Source: Atractiella rhizophila (lineage: Eukaryota). From it: a stretch of DNA of 39,817 nucleotides. Made by a program: the position numbers and the translations under genes. This document shows positions 34,669 through 39,817 of this stretch, piece by piece (the stretch's first letter is position 1; every line of letters starts with the position of its first letter). The stretch covers positions 111,726-151,542 of the forward strand of contig MU271213.1 of NCBI GenBank assembly GCA_021432655.1. The letters run 5' to 3'. Below the pieces are notes generated by a model. That model saw only the letters and a list, made by a program, of their open reading frames with translations, was not told where the DNA came from and ran no database searches.

Positions 34669-35628
34669 CTAATCCTCAAACTTAACCTCCTCCCACTCCA
34701 CCCTGTCCTCTCCCGCATCCCACCTCCACCTCTCATCCAACCACCAATACTCGACCTCCTTCCAAACCTCGCTCTCCTTCCCCACTACAAACCCCAAGCT
34801 CTCAAAAAGTCGTCTGCTCCCTCCATTCTCTATGCCAACCTTTGCACAGAATTCGGACGGCTTCAACCCCATCTGGAGTGTGCAGTAAGACAGAAAGATC
34901 TTCAAAGCATCACGACCTAATCCCCGCCTTCGGTGCCCTTTGGAGGCAATCATAATCTCCATCTCACAGTGTCGGGAAGGAGGTGTACCGGGAGGCGTGA
35001 GGAAAAGGTTCACGTCGCCGATCATGGGTGACGAGAGGAGGGAGGATGTTTGCGTTGCGTCCCATTGGGATGTGGACGTGGATGTGGACGTGGATGGAGG
35101 GATGGATGGGGAGGAGGGTTCGCGCGACAGAATAATGAATGTGAGCTCTGCAACATAAGATGTCAATCAGTCCACTTTATCTTCTTCTCGTTGGTCGCAT
35201 CGTCCAACGTGGATGTATAGAGACGTACTGTCAGGATCAAGGTGCCACTTCCCTGTCCCCTCCTCTATCAGCTTCCTGCGAATGTTGATACTCAAGGAAC
35301 GAGAAAGAGGAAAGACAGGGAGGCACACGTTGCATCTCGTACTCCTCCTCGAGCGTTAACCGCTCAGATGCCGTCGCTGTCCTCAACTCTTCATCTTCCA
35401 TCCTATACCAGCACATCAGCTTAAGCAACTCAAAGACATGATCAAGATACAAGAAGATAGAATGTCGAAGGACCTCACCATTCGTGGTACCTCGCGACGT
35501 GCTCCTGTCTTTCGTTTCCGTCAGCATTCAAGTTGAAGTGCAAGAGCTATCGGGACAGGACGCACGGCGCGATAGGGAACGAGGATCACCCGCTTCCCGA
35601 TGAGGATCGTTGACTCGTTTAGGCGCAT
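34669..35628 (-). CDS. GNAT acetyltransferase, NAT9-like
   Basis: MRLNESTILIGKRVILVPYR, HVARYH, MEDEELRTATASERLTLEEEYEMQ, LTFIIL, MIGDVNLFL, EMEIMIA..RRRGLG, NGGSRRLFESLGF. Confidence 0.88.
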
Positions 35629-36749
35629 CGACAAAAAATGAACCCTACGTGGCAATACTAGCCTGCAATATACTATCGATATCGACCTGATCACCAATCA
35701 ATCCGCCATTGACTGAGAAAGGCAATCAAGCCAAGACTACAGGGTAATGTTATTCCGCACGGAAGTGGCTAAGCTGAAGTCGCCAACTCGGTGGGCTGGT
35801 GGGGAGGTGGGGACGTTTCCTTCCAACTATCACTCGGACTGGCTTGTCGTGGCTCGACCTCTAAATCAAGCCCATAAAACTAGTATTCCATCACGAGAAC
35901 CTGCATGACAGCCTGTCGTGGCAAGGCCAACATTCCGAAGTACGACTTCCCATGCCTCAATACCATCTTCTTTCTTTTCTTTTCCCTAGCGATGTTCACC
36001 AGCAACATCACCCTGCTCATCCTGCGTTGAGCTGAGCTACGACAACGACCCCGATTCCATCCACCCTGTCCTATAAACCAGACCCTGCTCTACAGTTTTT
36101 GGAACACTTTACTACACGACAACGTTGAATCTGCACGTTCAACTCCGCGGTGTTCGATGTTCTGTTCAACCTTGCATTATTAACAGCAGCTTCGGGTTCG
36201 ACAGGGCTGCAATAAATTCCCCGTTCTATAAAGGTATCTTGTTCAAAGCCTTTCTAAAGATGGCTTGAACGTTCAGCTTCAGTGGAGCGGAGACGGACGG
36301 AGAAGGAAGGTCGTCGGGACGGTCAGTACTGGCTCATATTTCATGTTCATGAAGCCCACTGCTTCCCTGCAAATTGACACTGCTACAGGTTGTCTAGTTG
36401 TTTAATGCTGTTTAAAGGCAATCCAGCCAGCCAGCTGTCCATAAAAATTGAAAGGTTTTTTGAGTCATCCTCGAATGAACCGAAGAAGGTTTTGAACAAG
36501 AAAAGACAGAGGCAGTTCGAGGGCAGGACACGTTCCTGCCCTCCTGCTTCAACCAAGTTCCTTCGTTATCCTTTTTGCATTTCAATGTTCGAGATATAAA
36601 TATGAAGGTCTTCGTTGGCAGGTGCTTCCTCCTCCCCTCCCCTCTCCTCGAGTGCGCAAGCTGATTGCCTCCCGATTAATGTTTGTCTCTCTCTTTGGTG
36701 CACCTTGCCTCCGGAATCCTCCCCGTCGCCGTACAGCCAAGTTGCCAGC

Positions 36750-38923
36750 ATGTCCATGAGATTGCAGGATGTGTGGAAGTGTACGCCGTATATCTTTTGA
36801 TTGTGGGCGAAACTTGACGCGATCCGAATGTCTAGCTTACTCCCCTCTGGAAAGGCGGAATCTGTGTGTTAAAACACCAAGCTCAACAAAATGTTGGAGC
36901 TGAGACACGTTTTTGGTGCAGTATGATTTACATCGCTGGGATTATGTTCTACAAAGTCGGGCTGGAAGTATGTTAGCCCCTTCCTCTCATCCCCAATAGA
37001 TGTGTCGAACTGAGAGACAATAGTTTTTTAACGGTAGCATCACGACTCTTGCCACCGACCGTTTCACAGCTGCAAATACGTTCACCAAGCTCGGTGCTGC
37101 TCAAGGGGTGAACCAAGCCGCTCAATGTGTCGGCTCCATCCTCGTCGCCCCTCTCATCCGACTCTTCCCAACGCGCACTGTCCTTGCTTCCTCTGTCGTT
37201 CTTTTCGCTTTCATGGCCGTCCTACTGCTTGTCATCGATGCTGCTACTGGTGGAAAAGTGAAGAAAGATGGGATGGTTCGGTATGGAGATTGGGATCCCA
37301 ACTTGCTCTTTTTCATTTGGACCGTCGCTGGCGTGGGATACGGAGCAGTGGAGTTAATCAGAAGGATTATACCTTGCGACATCGTTGGTGGCCACATTGG
37401 GAAACTGAGAAGAATGGACGCTCTGGTCCATGTTTTCTACGAGGTATCGGGAACTTTTGCAGCTTTCGCTTCGAGCACCGCAATATCGCACTTCGGGAAC
37501 AACTACTCCTTCTTTATCACCCCTCCTTGCTTCGTATGTCGTCCTATCACTCCTGATGCTAGTCTGACCAGAGCGGATAGGTACTAGCAGGCGTCATCTG
37601 GTTCTTCGTGTCCCATTCCACACCTCTAAATGCAGCTTTGGCAGAGGAAGAGAAAGACGATCGCAGACGGCGATTTGCATATTTTGGCGCTCTAAGGCAA
37701 GCGACGGTTGGGTTTGGCGAGAGTATATGGGTCGGTGCAACATTGATATTCACAAAACGACGGTTTATATGCTCGTATTCGCTCTTTTGGCCGCCCACAC
37801 TTGTTTGATACTCAATAATAGGGTTAATGCCTGGCTACGCGCTCGCTCTTTACCTCCATCGATTCCTGGAGTCTACTTTGGGACCAGCATTCGCTAAAAG
37901 GGAACTGAATAACTCAGCATGGTCGCAGATTATTACTGGAGGCATGTTCTCACACCTCAGGCCAAGAGACGACACTGAGTGGGCTTGACAGGCTCGAATT
38001 TTGGCGAGCTATTGGGTGCAGCTTCCGTCTTCTTCCTTTCCGACTATGTCACGACTCCCATCCCGTGGCTGAGGATTGACGCGTTGATGCTAAATATTGT
38101 GTGGATTCTTCCTCACTTTGCTATCATCTCTACGCCAGGTCAAGTAGTCTGGGCTTGGAGGTTTGTTCCTTCCCTCAAGCCAACTAAATATATTAGCTGA
38201 CCCAACTGAAAGGGCGGCTGCTTGTTTTATTCCCATTTCGTATGGTTGGGCGGCTGGGGACGTCAGTTTGGCTGCATACGTGCAAGCCTCATTGTCTCCT
38301 GGAGTGTACAGTCAGTTATCCTCCTCAACTCTCCCTCACCCGCCTTCATTCTTACGATGGTCATGTAGGCGAGAAATATCCCTCTGTTTCCGCGCTTGGT
38401 GCTGTCATGGCTTTTCTTTATTCCACATATGGTGAGGCTGCCATTTCATTTCAACGGGCCGGACTCACGGTCTTGTATCAGTTGTTTTGATAGCAATTTT
38501 CGCTTCGGTTCTTGGAAAAATCATCGATAACGACTTCCTGCAACACCACAATATCGAAGACTCCCTCCGACGTGTTGGAGGGTGAGCCGTCATTTCAGTG
38601 TCACATTTATTCAGATTCTAACTCTGTGCGAATTCAGGATTCAGTTTTCAGTTTGTTGTGGTATCATCCTTCTATCTACGTTCATACCAAAAGGAGCTTT
38701 CTCTCTCAATCCGTGCCAAATCGAAGGAGTCAACAACAATACAGGAGAGGCGGATGATGATGGATTCATGGATATCCCAAATCACAACTCCACTTACGTT
38801 ACCATGCCAGAACCGGTGCACAGGAAGTCGACGTTCTCGAATCTCGAATCAATACCTGAGGGTCAGGAAGTGCCATTGCCGTTAGAAGTTATGGAAATCA
38901 AGGTCGTATCTGGGAATGGTTGA
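36750..38923 (+). CDS. Uncharacterised multi-pass membrane protein, MFS-like
   Basis: Spliced reading MSMRLQDVWKS|YSPLERRNL|MIYIAGIMFYKVGLE|FFNGSI.., NQAAQCVGSILVAPL, VELIRRIIPCDIVGG, LRRMDALVHVFYEVSGT, TGG|SNFGELLGA, WAAGDVSLAAYVQ; many hydrophobic segments; stop at 38923. Confidence 0.8.
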
Positions 38924-39075
38924 TGGATGTTTGTTGTGCTCTGTTCTTATTCGCCATTTCTTGCTTGTATGTACTTTAGCTTAGATCGGATAGATATCAG
39001 GTGTCCCACTGTTCGCAATATCAATAAAAACATTGTCCACTTAATGTCCTTTAATACCATTCTGCTCGTCATTTC

Positions 39076-39817
39076 TCACAATTTCATCTTGTCATCCTCT
39101 GAGGACGATGAGAAGGATCCCCTTGATCCAATTTCGCCCTGCTCACACGGCGCTTCAGGATCTCGTTGACAATCGACGCTGAGCTTCCCAAAAACGTCCA
39201 ACAAATCCTCGTCGTCAGATGAATTACCTGAACGCCTCCCTGTCCCGAAGTCTAGTTCTCTCCCGAGCACCTTTTCTGCATCTCAACCAAAGTTAGTCAG
39301 CCCTTTGTACTTCCTTTCCGCCGAAGCTGGGGACAGCCTACCGCATTTTGTTTTTACTATCAACAGGCTCCTGATTTTCTTCTGCACCCATTCCTGGCTA
39401 GGTCGCGGCCCTTTCCACCCGGATCTTGATGCTTCTGCGTCCTCTATGAAAAAGTAGATGGCTTCAGCAATGATGGCACTGGCGTCGTAGTCTTTGAGCC
39501 TGTCGTACAGTATGTGGAGTTTGAGCATAGAAAAAGCGATGATCCAAGACGTGTGAAGCTCGTTAGCATGATGATTGATTTCTGTCGTGATCCGATTCAG
39601 GGTATCATACGAGAAGCTATCTTTTGTTGAGACGAGGTCAGAATAGAGAGCATGACAGGCACGGTGTGATATCTGGCACGATGACATGGATGTTTCGACG
39701 TGAACATCCGTTGAAGGATTATCTGGAAGTCGTTGTCATTTGGAGGAAAGAAAGGAGAAGGAGCGCGACGAATGCGTATTGGATCAGGTGACTGAACTTT
39801 AGTTACAAGGTACAATG
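39076..39817 (-). CDS. Hypothetical protein, 3' portion (5' end outside window)
   Basis: 134-aa open exon (39283-39687) with a GTAGGC donor near 39341, then GCTGAC/CTAAC branch plus GCAG acceptor into an acidic, Ser-rich terminal exon ending at 39076. No family recognised. Confidence 0.55.

Noticed and set aside
35060..35115. GGATGTGGACGT tandem repeat
   Set aside because: Encodes a low-complexity S/T/P loop inside the NAT9-like protein; ordinary.
36085..36215. Sm-site-like AGTTTTTGG and GGTTCGA (tRNA B-box-like) with a short GCAGC/GCTGC stem
   Set aside because: No cloverleaf, A-box or snRNA-specific motifs; cannot be supported without a covariance search.

Overview
Eukaryotic, almost certainly fungal (basidiomycete-like) genomic DNA. 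Genes are densely packed and split by many short GT-AG introns (mostly ~45-70 nt), so the ORF track shows only fragments; gene models were assembled by eye across splice sites. Left to right: a disabled ABCC/MRP transporter (probable pseudogene), tRNA adenosine deaminase TAD1/ADAT1, a TfdA/TauD-family 2OG-Fe(II) dioxygenase with one homopolymer frameshift, an orphan gene, a ~2.4 kb TpA-rich decayed region running into an N gap, two tandem micro-exon-rich GH35 beta-galactosidases with apparent N-terminal signal anchors, a peroxisomal acyl-CoA oxidase (ends SKL), a Dal5/Tna1-type MFS transporter, a Tyr-type glutathione S-transferase, a mitochondrial tricarboxylate carrier, an FLC/Pkd2 TRP-like protein with a repeat-filled intron, an EXPERA/TMEM97 protein, a NAT9-like acetyltransferase, an uncharacterised MFS-like membrane protein and a partial hypothetical gene. 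No rRNA, tRNA or CRISPR was found. I see no clear-cut novel multi-gene system. The best leads are the RIP-like TpA region, the intronic GCAT array, intron evolution between the GH35 paralogs and the animal-type GST. All family calls come from motif recognition, not database searches.
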